A DNA stretch of 64,000 bases from Cyanophora paradoxa CCMP329 (GCA_004431415.1 QPMI01000564.1:62001-126000), one strand, 5' to 3'; shown: positions 12,280 through 22,180, numbered from the stretch's first letter. Made by a program: numbers and translations. Notes: generated from the sequence alone by a model not told the origin.

Positions 12280-12354
12280 ACACACATATAAAAACAAATA
12301 TTATTATCCTGAGCGGAACGCGAGGGATAATAATATTTGTTTTTATATGTGTGT
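12280..12354. repeat. Perfect 30-bp fold-back (15-nt loop) at the right terminus of element A
   Basis: ACACACATATAAAAACAAATATTATTATCC (12280-12309) and its exact reverse complement (12325-12354). Confidence 0.95.
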
Positions 12355-13581
12355 CTTCTCCGCGCGATCTTCCAATAGAGCGCCTTTCGGAACACTTGCG
12401 GCGACATCTATGCCTTCTTTTTGAACCTGCCGAATAGAGGCTGCCTCTATCTCGGCTGCTTTAATTGCATTTTCTGCGGGCTCGACCACTGCCTCGACCT
12501 CTGTAATAATCTGTAATTCGTGCGGCTTAAATAGCTTCGGCATGAGGTATCCGGCTGCATCTTGCACCTCTATTGCGTTTCCCCTCCTTCCCACTATTTT
12601 GTAGACCTCTCTGCTATACCTTTGGGTCGCGCCTTTATCGAACTTCGATCTCGGCAATAATAGGCGGACGTGGAGACCCGGCTTAAAGTCGCTGAATATA
12701 TCCTTTACGATTGTGTTCTTTCTCGAAATAATAGCCGCTCGGATCTGCTCCATATCTGAGAGCTTTACATCCCCCGGTTTCATTCCTATGGTTCTGTGAA
12801 TGGTGTTATTGTAATTGAAAACGAAGTCGTCCAATTTATCCATAAACCGCACTGTATTATAGGCGACGCAGTAATTGTTTATCATCGTTTTTAGGGTCAA
12901 ATGAAAGCGATTCATTATTCCCAGCGAAGTGTGATCTCCGACCTGTTTAAAGCGGTGTTCTATTCCGTTATTTTTAACGATCTCCTGAAACTCCTTTGCG
13001 ATGAATTCTGAGCCGTTATCTGTCTCTAAACGCTTCATTGGAGCGGGGAGCTCTGTAAGCATCTCCGCAAAAGCGGTAGCAACACTCGCGCCCTCTTTAT
13101 TCTTTAATTTCTTGGCATACGATTTTCGGCTCGTCATCTCAATGAGAGTAAGGACTGCAATGTAGCCGGAATTATAATTGCCATATGAGAGATAAAAAAT
13201 GAGATCCGCTTGATAGCACCACGGCGGGGCTGTGATGGGAATAAAAGCGGTTTGGGTCGGTGCGGGGGGCTTCTTGTTGATCTGCATAAATTCCTGTTTC
13301 GCTGCGACATCTTGCACTTCTTTCAATGTGAGGCTCTTGTCCTCTTTTCTCAGCTCTTCGTACAATGCCGATGGGTTCTTAAAACCCGTCTTTGGGTCAT
13401 ACATGCGGCGCACGATCTTAGAGGACGGGTTCGCAATGCTAAAAGGAACATCTCCTAATAAATTTGATTTTGCTTGGCGTTTTGTAATTTTTTGGGGGAC
13501 TTGTTCGGTCTCAGGAACCGCGATAGGTAGTATGGTGGTCTCTGTCTCCTCGCCCGCTACCCTTCTAACGATCCTTGACAT
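12343..13581 (-). CDS. rve integrase B, C-terminally truncated by the element A terminus
   Basis: YDPKTGF, YQADLIF, LETDNGSEF, GIMNRF (N at the catalytic E position). Ends LLEDRAEK|THI*, whereas paralog A continues more than 70 aa after LLEDR. Confidence 0.9.
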   Translation of the reverse strand: MSRIVRRVAGEETETTILPIAVPETEQVPQKITKRQAKSNLLGDVPFSIANPSSKIVRRMYDPKTGFKNPSALYEELRKEDKSLTLKEVQDVAAKQEFMQINKKPPAPTQTAFIPITAPPWCYQADLIFYLSYGNYNSGYIAVLTLIEMTSRKSYAKKLKNKEGASVATAFAEMLTELPAPMKRLETDNGSEFIAKEFQEIVKNNGIEHRFKQVGDHTSLGIMNRFHLTLKTMINNYCVAYNTVRFMDKLDDFVFNYNNTIHRTIGMKPGDVKLSDMEQIRAAIISRKNTIVKDIFSDFKPGLHVRLLLPRSKFDKGATQRYSREVYKIVGRRGNAIEVQDAAGYLMPKLFKPHELQIITEVEAVVEPAENAIKAAEIEAASIRQVQKEGIDVAASVPKGALLEDRAEKTHI

Positions 13582-13599
13582 TCTTCTAATTAATCCTTT

Positions 13600-16500
13600 T
13601 TATTTTTTGCTGCAATTGCACCCGTGATGCGCGAGTTGACAATTGTCTTTGAGATGTGGGCGCCTGTTGTTTATGCGATCCACGACGAGCCTGTAATTCG
13701 GATCTTGCGGCTCAATCGGAATAGGAAGGGAACAGAGCGCACAGGCGCCCTTCTGTTGCTTCTTGCGCTCTAATATCCACTCCGGCGTAATATAATCCGC
13801 CTCGTTGAAATCGCGCCCGGCACGCTGATCCTGGCATTTATATCCGCGGATCTTCGTTTTCAGATATTCGATGTAGTCGCTCTTTCCTTGGAATCTGTGA
13901 ATCGGTGTATAAATCAGCACAGTAGACAGATCGCGGTTACGAGTGAGCGCGGTATAGAACCATTCGCGAGTGGTATAGCGGAACGTAGCCTCACAAATGA
14001 CAATGCCCGAATCAAGTGTGAGACCTTGCGTTGAATGACCTGTTCCTGCATAAGGGAGAGAAAAATGTTCTAACATCGCGCACGGAACCTCGAACGTGAC
14101 GCCATCGAAAACGTCAGTTAATGTGACCATTTGCTTGGTGATTTTGGTGATCCGATAGGTGTAATTTGTGTATGCGTTAATTGACTCACCCTCAGACCGC
14201 GAAATGCGTAGATACTTGCGGCAAACGACTTCCAAACCTTTGTAGAATTTGATGCCGTTGACCTTTACGGTTGCAATATTTACTTTCCGTCTATCGTGCA
14301 TCAGTTTGTTATAGGCTAAGGTCATTTCGTTTCTGTAAGCGATGCCAAAGTAGCCGTCAGGAATTGCGTTTAGATCATTAATTGTCGGTAAGCCGTATTT
14401 TGAAATGATCTGTGAGGCTTCGAGTCCGTTTTCGAAGAGATCCTCTTTAATCGCCCGAATTAATTCACGGTCTGTCTCCTTCTTGTGCCGCTTGTTAATG
14501 CGTAGACTCAGGACGTTAGGGAACATGCTCTGCACAGCGCGCTTATAGTAGCCCTTGCGATCAGAAACCGAGAGCTCGTCATTAATCGGTTCATTTTGAT
14601 AGGTGTCGCCATTCGCCAAATATTTGATATCGGGATAGCGATCGATAAACGACTTAATCTTAGCGAGATCTTTTACGGAATACGCGAATATCTCGTCGAA
14701 CATAATGTGACTGAACTCGGAGACGAACGCCCTCTGGTCTTTTTCGCTCATAGCCTCTTCGTAGGTCTGATCATTGGAGACACGGATCCCGAGAACATTA
14801 TATAAAGTACGAACGGTAATATTCTCGATTCCGCGGACTTTGAGAGAGTCCCTCAGCTCTGCGCACTGTTTGTTATAGGGGCAAATGACTAAGCAATTCG
14901 ACTTTTGAGATGCGAAACAGTTAATACCGAGTGTCGACTTTCCACTTCCGGGCATGTCAGCAAGGACAAGCATACGATCATGGAGCTTTGCAACCCAATT
15001 AAAGCACTCCGGATTAAATTCGTCCCTCAGCGAGAACCGGTTAATGAGTGTCTCAGGATCCTGAAATTCGAGAGTTACACCCCGTGGTGGGCGGAGTGCA
15101 TTCTCAGGGCATCTTTTCCCGGGAATATAGCTGAATTTGCCCATGTTCTCAAACGCATTTCGGTCGAACTCTTTCTTACTTGTCCATGAACCTTCGATAT
15201 ATAGGCAATCCGTTCTGATCCCGGCAACCTTGTGCCCGCGCGCTGTCAGGCGCTTGTATTGCGCAAACATATTGGCACGGTTGCGATCGTAAATATGAAA
15301 GTGGATAGGAAGGAATCCGTTAACGAGCTCGCGGTGGGAGCTGATCTTAACGAAATAGATGTGACCTTCGAATTCGCTAAGAGTTTTGACACGTTTCGAA
15401 TTCTTAGGATTGAAAGTAAACACCTCTACTGTTCCTCCGCATTCTTGGGCGAACCTCTCAGCCTCGGCACGGTTGTAGAACATTTTCGTGGATGTTTGCG
15501 AGTCTTGGAATTTGCCGAGCATTCCGATCTCTTTCACTAAAATGTGCTTCTTATCTGTGGTTTGAATGTCACTTGAAAGTACTTTCTTCATCTCCGAGAT
15601 CGACGTATTGGGCACCAAATGCGAAGGCTCCGCGACCGCGATAATCTCTATCTTGTCCTTAACGTCCGCCCAGTGCATGGCGAGAGTGTAGCCTGTCATG
15701 AAATTATAACAGCGACCACTCACGGAAAATGCGCGATCCAGAATAATTTCGATTCCGTCAATCTTGCGGGAAACGGCGGCATCATAATCAATGTCCTCAT
15801 CGTCGGCGAAAGTCGCTTGCTCTCTCTCAAACGCAACGCCACGCACGTAGTAGATCGCGTATTCGAGAATATCGCTTCCCGCTTTAAAGGGAACGAAGTC
15901 ATCGAATACATTGTATTTCGGAAGATATTGCATGCCTTTTAGAATCGAAGGGTAGCACTTCGCCATATCGACAGCTGTGTAGGTGGCTTTCGGGTTCGGC
16001 TTATAGAAATAGCCGCTTAGTGCGGATCGCTTGTAGTGCGTGAGAATTTCGCGCATGTTCGGGCTGTAATGTGAGATATTCGTCGCATTTAGAAGCGACT
16101 CCCGGAAACCCTTACCGATTTCACAGACCTTATTATAATACTCTTCTGTTTCGAAATCTTGCTCAATAAAGTGGTCTGTTGTGCGTGGATCTTTGATAGA
16201 GAACATCGAGCCATTAGCTTTGAATGTGATGCTGTCGATTTGTTTCGATGGCGTTAGCTTCACAGCGGGCTCATATCGCATTTTCAGGAACGTAAATAGA
16301 AGACCTTCCAGACCTTCGCGCCCAGTATAAAGAATGCGAATGAAACTGCGCTCGTCGGGCGATAGTTTAAGTTGCGTGATCTTTAACAAATCCTTGGATG
16401 TGTGCGCGAAGATATCGTGAGTAAGACACGTCGGAATTTTATAGAGTGCTAACGAAGAGGTCGACTTAGGAACATGATTATCGAGCTCTTCGACCTCCAT

Positions 16501-17916
16501 CTTCGCCATGCGCATTTCGAGCGACTTGATGTTATCGTTGAATATATAGATATGCTTGTTGTGAATCATAAAGTGAATATTGCGGGGAAAGATGTTTTTG
16601 TTAATTGATTCCGCCGCGAATTTGTATATTAACTTTCCGTCGACATCAAAGACGCGGAAGCCTGTCTGAATTCTCTTACAGAATTTCTCGATATGGCGGA
16701 GCGTGAGAGCCAGAGAGTCGTCAGGTGTGCGTTCACGACCGTGAAAGAATTTATAGAGACCGTCGTACGACATAGTTAAGTCAGTATATCGCGGTTTTGG
16801 CGCCTCCTGACACTTCTTAATGGACGCTCCCCATGTGGAGATGATCATATCATAGCCGCAAGCGTTAGATGTCGATGATTTGGGGAGCTCAATAACATCT
16901 TCGAACTCAGACGCGTTTGGATTTAATGTATAGTCTGTGAATTTGCTCATAATCGCGGTGCATCGCATACTGTCCATTAGCTCCTCATCCAGGAACTCAT
17001 AGCGATTGCCAGGTATAGCGCCAGCTCCATCGTCCTCGACACCTTCGTCCCCATCGATCACGACCTCATGAACAGTTATAAAGGCATCATCGATACTGCC
17101 GCCAAAATCATCAAACATTAGGCGTAGTCTTTTCTGTTCCTCGGTTGGTGGTGTCTTAAAGAAGAACACCTCGTATGCTTCGCCGAAAGTTTTAAGTCCT
17201 ATTGCCAATTCATCGTAGTTTTTGAGTAAATAGAAGATTGATTCGCTCTCATGCCAATCATGACGAACTTGACCCGGTATAATTAGAATTTGAGACATTC
17301 TATCCATTTTCGCCAGAGCAAAGCTTCGCAACACACTCACCGAAACTGTCTCTCTTATATTGCGGTAGGTGACAAAGGAACTGTCTGGTATATTTAACTC
17401 GGGAATTCCGGGAATAACAATTACCTCCGACGACCGAGCACCGGATCCAGGTGCCCACATCTTGAACGTAACTGTCGCGAGAGTTTCCGGATCATATTGG
17501 GCGATTGGATCGAGAATAGTGCGTTTAATCGCATCCTCTACCGCTTTTAGTTTGCCTTTCTGTTGCTTCGCTTCAAGCTTCGCTTCTTTCGCCCGCTTCT
17601 TTTCTTGCTTGCGATCGAAACGCTGTAAACGCTTAGCCTCTTGTTCTTTTTGCTTTTGCTTTTCTATATTAACTTGGGTGCGAGCGGCGCGCTTTTCTTT
17701 CCGCTCTGCCCTGCGGAAAACGCGGGGATTAATGATTCCATTCAGTGTATCGCGAATGTCGATCAGTGTTTGGAGCTTGGGCTTTCGATTCATTGTGTTG
17801 TGCATCGCCCAATGCGCCTGTTCTTCGGTCAGCAAATCCTGGCTCAATCCCTGCATAATGTATCCGATAATTTCCTCCCGAACATTGTTAGCGATTCTGT
17901 TGGTTGCGCGCGGCAT
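13600..17916 (-). CDS. Derived pPolB + SF1 (RecD/Pif1-like) helicase + HNH-like fusion
   Basis: PolB-like AVDMAKCYPS, KHILVKEIGMLGK, GIRTDCLY; Walker A DMPGSGKS, Walker B MFDEIF, GDTYQNEPI, YAGTGHSTQGLT, FYTALTR; C-terminal CALC..VDRINNRRPHLKDNCQLAHHGCN. Confidence 0.85.
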   Translation of the reverse strand: MPRATNRIANNVREEIIGYIMQGLSQDLLTEEQAHWAMHNTMNRKPKLQTLIDIRDTLNGIINPRVFRRAERKEKRAARTQVNIEKQKQKEQEAKRLQRFDRKQEKKRAKEAKLEAKQQKGKLKAVEDAIKRTILDPIAQYDPETLATVTFKMWAPGSGARSSEVIVIPGIPELNIPDSSFVTYRNIRETVSVSVLRSFALAKMDRMSQILIIPGQVRHDWHESESIFYLLKNYDELAIGLKTFGEAYEVFFFKTPPTEEQKRLRLMFDDFGGSIDDAFITVHEVVIDGDEGVEDDGAGAIPGNRYEFLDEELMDSMRCTAIMSKFTDYTLNPNASEFEDVIELPKSSTSNACGYDMIISTWGASIKKCQEAPKPRYTDLTMSYDGLYKFFHGRERTPDDSLALTLRHIEKFCKRIQTGFRVFDVDGKLIYKFAAESINKNIFPRNIHFMIHNKHIYIFNDNIKSLEMRMAKMEVEELDNHVPKSTSSLALYKIPTCLTHDIFAHTSKDLLKITQLKLSPDERSFIRILYTGREGLEGLLFTFLKMRYEPAVKLTPSKQIDSITFKANGSMFSIKDPRTTDHFIEQDFETEEYYNKVCEIGKGFRESLLNATNISHYSPNMREILTHYKRSALSGYFYKPNPKATYTAVDMAKCYPSILKGMQYLPKYNVFDDFVPFKAGSDILEYAIYYVRGVAFEREQATFADDEDIDYDAAVSRKIDGIEIILDRAFSVSGRCYNFMTGYTLAMHWADVKDKIEIIAVAEPSHLVPNTSISEMKKVLSSDIQTTDKKHILVKEIGMLGKFQDSQTSTKMFYNRAEAERFAQECGGTVEVFTFNPKNSKRVKTLSEFEGHIYFVKISSHRELVNGFLPIHFHIYDRNRANMFAQYKRLTARGHKVAGIRTDCLYIEGSWTSKKEFDRNAFENMGKFSYIPGKRCPENALRPPRGVTLEFQDPETLINRFSLRDEFNPECFNWVAKLHDRMLVLADMPGSGKSTLGINCFASQKSNCLVICPYNKQCAELRDSLKVRGIENITVRTLYNVLGIRVSNDQTYEEAMSEKDQRAFVSEFSHIMFDEIFAYSVKDLAKIKSFIDRYPDIKYLANGDTYQNEPINDELSVSDRKGYYKRAVQSMFPNVLSLRINKRHKKETDRELIRAIKEDLFENGLEASQIISKYGLPTINDLNAIPDGYFGIAYRNEMTLAYNKLMHDRRKVNIATVKVNGIKFYKGLEVVCRKYLRISRSEGESINAYTNYTYRITKITKQMVTLTDVFDGVTFEVPCAMLEHFSLPYAGTGHSTQGLTLDSGIVICEATFRYTTREWFYTALTRNRDLSTVLIYTPIHRFQGKSDYIEYLKTKIRGYKCQDQRAGRDFNEADYITPEWILERKKQQKGACALCSLPIPIEPQDPNYRLVVDRINNRRPHLKDNCQLAHHGCNCSKK

Positions 17917-18084
17917 CTCTATTAGTTCTTTTAAAATAACCGGAGAAAATAATTTCGGCGCAATCTACCAAATTCTCCTTTTCATACCCTTGTCGCCAAT
18001 TCTTTAAGTGCTTTTTTGACCTATACGGGGAATAAAAAGGGAGGTAAAAAATTAATCATTTTTTGCATCGTACGGTACTTTCCG

Positions 18085-18498
18085 CTACGAATTTTTCGCG
18101 TTCTCGACGACATGCTTTCGGGGTCTTCCAGCGGGCTTTTGCGGCTGAGGTTTAGCGGGTGGGTTCAGCTTGCGTTCCGCTCTCTTTCTGCGTTGGTATT
18201 CCCTTGCCTTCTCTCGGATTTTCTCCCGATACTCTTCATCGTCTTGGTATCGCTGCTGTTTACGAATTGCAATCTTTTGTAGCTGTTCCGGGGTGAATAT
18301 AGTAGCCTCTCCGGCGGCTAATCGCTCTTGTTTTTGTCTCTGATGCTTGTTTCGCTGCCGCTCGGCGTCTTTTCCGCGTTTTAGTCTTAATCTCTCCGCC
18401 TTCTCCTCTTCTAAAATCACCTTTTTCGGTCGCCCGGGTCTGCGCTTTTCCTGCTGTGCCGCCATTGCCTCTTGGTTTGAGATCTTGGGTTTCGCCAT
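18085..18498 (-). CDS. Small basic protein with AT-hook-like motifs
   Basis: RRPGRPKK and AGRPRK motifs; K/R-rich helices. Confidence 0.65.
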   Translation of the reverse strand: MAKPKISNQEAMAAQQEKRRPGRPKKVILEEEKAERLRLKRGKDAERQRNKHQRQKQERLAAGEATIFTPEQLQKIAIRKQQRYQDDEEYREKIREKAREYQRRKRAERKLNPPAKPQPQKPAGRPRKHVVENAKNS

Positions 18499-18614
18499 TT
18501 ACTATAACCGGAGAAAATAGTTTTTTGTCACTCTGTATTATTTCCCTTGCCCTTATATACTTTTTACCGAAACCTTCAATTTTTGCGCTCGGAGCGATAA
18601 CAGCACCACAAAAA

Positions 18615-19004
18615 TTAATATCCTTTCCATTCTTCATCGCTTTCTGATGCCATTCGCTCCAATGTTGGCAATGGCGAGTCAGCGCGAAAATGACCATTTA
18701 CGATGTGAGGATATAAGCGCCTCCTTATAAACTCTATATGCACATCCTCTATTTGGGCAGCTACCGGGGCAGGCGACCCTCTTCGTGATTTTGGAGGGGT
18801 GTTAGTGTGAGGTGGCGCAGGTGACCCTCTTCGTGATCTTGTGGGGGTGTTCGTGTGAGTGGTCGAAATAACAGAAAGGCGCCTATCTCCATTCTCTTCG
18901 CCATCAGATATGTCAACCTCCACGGTTGTATCGCAGCAGGGACTGTGGCAATTAGACACGACATGAAGTTGAAACATCTCAATGCATTGTGTGATGAAAT
19001 TCAT
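18615..19004 (-). CDS. Hypothetical protein with a duplicated HTNTP..SRRGSPAP motif
   Basis: ORF with a 48-bp internal duplication; start uncertain. Confidence 0.4.
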   Translation of the reverse strand: MNFITQCIEMFQLHVVSNCHSPCCDTTVEVDISDGEENGDRRLSVISTTHTNTPTRSRRGSPAPPHTNTPPKSRRGSPAPVAAQIEDVHIEFIRRRLYPHIVNGHFRADSPLPTLERMASESDEEWKGY

Positions 19005-19208
19005 CAATCCTACAATTGGACAACGTATTAAATATGTGAGAAAATAAAAGGGAATGAGGCTATTGCTTGCGCAGGTGTTTCCATACGAGTTGGTCGACCT
19101 GATAATGCTGTTTATGGAGCCGACATGCCCGTTTTGCAAGGGCGTTCATATTAAGACCCGCTCTAAATACGGGCGGGTTCAGCTTTGCCTTGCGGATATT
19201 CACAGTCA

Positions 19209-19892
19209 TTAGCGGATATGGCGTTTACCACCGAGCATTGCCGCGAAATTCGCTGGTGCTGTCGGCACTATATGTGCATATTGCGGGGCGACCGATTGCT
19301 GACGAGTTACGGCTTGCGCATCTGTCTTTTCCTCCTTTTTAATCTCCTCTACGTCGACTTTTTGCTTTAATCCGAGCTTTGAGATCTCTTTCTTAACGAG
19401 ACCCTTTAATTTCTTGCGTTCGTTATAATCTTGCATCCATTTCTCGTAGTTAGAGACTTTCATTTCGAGGTCTCGCACTTTCTCTTCGAAGCTCATGACA
19501 ACGTCGACAGGAACCGTGTGTTTTTGATAGGATCCGCGCTTTTTGAGCTCAGTTTCGGCGGCTTTCGGGACGTCTTGTGTCTTGTGCTGGCTTGCAACAA
19601 CTTGCGCTTTGAGTACTTTGTCGGTTGCTTCATCAACAGAGCCGCCTCCAATCTGTGGTTTTACAGTAGCTAAATCCTCCATTTGGCGTTTACCGCTATC
19701 TTGGTTGCCCTTGTCCGCGGTGGCACTCGCAATAATCGCCTCTTGCTTGGCGACCTCCTCTGGCGAAGTGTCTATAAGATATTCGGGCATTTCGAGACCG
19801 CCGCCCGACGTTAATCCAGACTCTTCAAGTCCGCGATTAGGATTACCAGAAGCGATCGTTTGAATGGTTTGAGGCTTCTTTCGGTAGACCAT
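19209..19892 (-). CDS. Hypothetical coiled-coil protein
   Basis: 227-aa ORF tightly packed after the ATPase and followed by an ACCCGC..GCGGGT hairpin (~19156-19178). Confidence 0.6.
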   Translation of the reverse strand: MVYRKKPQTIQTIASGNPNRGLEESGLTSGGGLEMPEYLIDTSPEEVAKQEAIIASATADKGNQDSGKRQMEDLATVKPQIGGGSVDEATDKVLKAQVVASQHKTQDVPKAAETELKKRGSYQKHTVPVDVVMSFEEKVRDLEMKVSNYEKWMQDYNERKKLKGLVKKEISKLGLKQKVDVEEIKKEEKTDAQAVTRQQSVAPQYAHIVPTAPANFAAMLGGKRHIR

Positions 19893-19894
19893 GA

Positions 19895-20761
19895 TTATCT
19901 TTTCTTACACTTGATTAACATTTTCTTTTTCTTCGGCGAAATTTGGGAAAGTTTGGGGATACCTTCAAGCTCACGCTCAAATTTGGATAAAGTTTTGCAT
20001 ACAGTTGTCGAATCTTTGACAGGTGGCGGTTTTGTCGCTTGCTCCTCTTGCTGTTTGCGCTTCTTTTCTTCAAAAGCCGCCCGCTTGTGGAATTTAGTAA
20101 ACGGATGGTCATCGATCATATCGGCTTTTTCGACCCACCATCGCACAGAATACCCGGTATTATCGTGAATGATCGCTTGGTAGCTATGACAGAATTCTTG
20201 GAACATGCGCTTGAAACTCTCTTTATCCATGTTCCCGAACTCTTCGTGATATGCTTCAAACTCTCGCATGTTTGACCAGCTTAGGAATATGATATACTCC
20301 GCATTGCTGCGAATGATCGTTGAAAGCTTTGTTAGTTTCTGCGATATTAAAGCCACGGAACAAAACGTATGACGACCTTGCGCCATCAATTTATTTAGCA
20401 AATGATCGCGCGAGAGATCAATAGTTCCCGATTCCAAACAATCGTCGAGCACAATGAGAATATTCTTTGGTTTCTTACCCGCGATGATGGCTTTCTTGCG
20501 AGCTTCTATGATCGACTCAACATATTCCGGTTTCCAGGTGTCATGTACTTCGTCTGTTATTTGACCCCAGAAACCGTTGAAACTCGTAGGACAAAAAACC
20601 AGAACATACGAGATCTGGTCTTCGAGTTCTTTGATCAGCCACTTTAAGAATACCGATTTACCACAATTGGTTTTCGCCAATAGGAGAAATCGTGCGGGAA
20701 GTTTCACCCTCTGTTTCGGGTTCCATTCTTCAAGATCTATGGGCGTCGTCCCTTTTTGCAT
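19895..20761 (-). CDS. A32-like FtsK/HerA DNA packaging ATPase
   Basis: LLAKTNCGKS (Walker A), ILIVLDDC (Walker B), QGRH..ISQ..IIRSNAEY. Confidence 0.9.
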   Translation of the reverse strand: MQKGTTPIDLEEWNPKQRVKLPARFLLLAKTNCGKSVFLKWLIKELEDQISYVLVFCPTSFNGFWGQITDEVHDTWKPEYVESIIEARKKAIIAGKKPKNILIVLDDCLESGTIDLSRDHLLNKLMAQGRHTFCSVALISQKLTKLSTIIRSNAEYIIFLSWSNMREFEAYHEEFGNMDKESFKRMFQEFCHSYQAIIHDNTGYSVRWWVEKADMIDDHPFTKFHKRAAFEEKKRKQQEEQATKPPPVKDSTTVCKTLSKFERELEGIPKLSQISPKKKKMLIKCKKR

Positions 20762-20819
20762 TCTTTCACTATAAAAACAATAGAAAAATAAGACTGAATG
20801 TGGTAATCGCACGAATTCC

Positions 20820-22133
20820 TTAGCTACTCACACGACGGATACCGTCGGCACCAATTATCATTATGTTATGAGCGAGCGCAATGCACTGAATTTGCATCTT
20901 CTGATAAGCGGCACCCGCATACCATTCTGATGAACCTTCGGCTGCCGTTGTGACACCGTTGAATTCGAAGACCAGATCGAACGCCGATGTGCCTGTGGCA
21001 TCGATGTAGCCCGTGTTCTCTTGGTTGAGAAGCGACGCCTTTCCGTTTCCAGCACCGAAGTAAATGCCAGTGAGAGCGGGGTAGCTTGTGCTCTCGGTAA
21101 AGATCGCCGAATTATATTTATCTTGAAGTTCGGTCGCGGCAATCATGAGAGGAAGCGAAGTATTCGAGTAAAGGCGGTTATTGTTGAGTTCCACATAGAA
21201 GCTTACAGCGTTGGTTCTGAGTGCACGAGGAGCCAGAACCGAGAGAGTTCCGTTGTTCACCTTCGTCTTCGCGTTTTGGCGCACAGAGAATACGAGAGTG
21301 TGGATGAGACCCGCACCTGTGAGTTGCGAGAGATTGACTCGCGAACCGGAGGCGGTCGGCTGGAAATCTGTGTGTAGGAAACCGATTTCGTTGTAGGGGA
21401 TCGCGATGCCAGTCGATTTAACACGGGCAATGGTCTCAGATACAACCGCCTCATCGGCATTTACGACCTTGCAAATAACGCGGGGTTTCAGCACTTGAAG
21501 GGAAGCGCCATTGTTGGTAACCGCAATAGTAGCAACATTATTCACATCCTCAATAATACCATCCCCTTGCGCCTTGAATTCGATTTCTACTGTGATCTCA
21601 GAGTTCAGAGCGCAAAGTGGGAACATTGCCTTTTCGAAAGGAGAGGGTAAATCGATTTCGTAGGTTCCACCGACAGTGTTACCAGCGGTTCCGACAAGAC
21701 CACCCACATAGCGAAGTTTCTTATCGAGTTCGCCCTGTTCAGTCATCAGTAGAAAATACTGGGTGACGAAATCTTCCGGGACAACATAGCGGAATGAAGC
21801 GTGAGAGATTTCAATGCGCTTAATTAGCGATCCAATAACGCGAAGGTAGCCAGTAGTTCCAGCGACACCATTCGTGAGATCAGTGAGGGTGATCGCGTTT
21901 AGATCGAGTTGCAGCGCGAGACCATTCAGGAAATGGTAGCGGGGGATTTTGAAAACTACTCGGTTACCGAGGGCATTGGTTGGTTCGGTATCGGGGGCGA
22001 CCAGAACTCGAAGTGGCTTAGTGCCAGAGGACGTTCCAATGACCAGCGACTTGTTTAGGAAATAATCCTTGTAGTCATCGGTGGTGAGCATAGATTTCAG
22101 CGTTGGGCGCTGGAATTGGCTGTTAGTCTCCAT
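20820..22133 (-). CDS. Double-jelly-roll major capsid protein
   Basis: 437 aa; GNRVVFKIPR, GSLIKRIEIS, IDLPSPF..FPLCAL..ITVEIEF pattern of NCLDV/PLV MCPs; lies between ATPase and penton-like genes. Confidence 0.8.
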   Translation of the reverse strand: METNSQFQRPTLKSMLTTDDYKDYFLNKSLVIGTSSGTKPLRVLVAPDTEPTNALGNRVVFKIPRYHFLNGLALQLDLNAITLTDLTNGVAGTTGYLRVIGSLIKRIEISHASFRYVVPEDFVTQYFLLMTEQGELDKKLRYVGGLVGTAGNTVGGTYEIDLPSPFEKAMFPLCALNSEITVEIEFKAQGDGIIEDVNNVATIAVTNNGASLQVLKPRVICKVVNADEAVVSETIARVKSTGIAIPYNEIGFLHTDFQPTASGSRVNLSQLTGAGLIHTLVFSVRQNAKTKVNNGTLSVLAPRALRTNAVSFYVELNNNRLYSNTSLPLMIAATELQDKYNSAIFTESTSYPALTGIYFGAGNGKASLLNQENTGYIDATGTSAFDLVFEFNGVTTAAEGSSEWYAGAAYQKMQIQCIALAHNIMIIGADGIRRVSS

Positions 22134-22180
22134 GAGCGTTTCTTCTCTTATCTTTGGGATCAGAAAATAATTTAAAGGGC

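Larger units (their letters stand above)
1..12353. mobile_element. Endogenous Polinton-like element A (right part; left end outside window)
   Basis: Intronless gene-dense block with primase-helicase, pPolB and rve integrase. It ends in a 30-bp fold-back whose outer arm truncates the next integrase gene. Confidence 0.75.

Noticed and set aside
12280-12354. Simple transcription terminator or independent MITE
   Set aside because: It overlaps and truncates the integrase, matches the 53477-53509 end, has no TSD, and the cut ORF does not resume on the other side. A secondary terminator role is not excluded.
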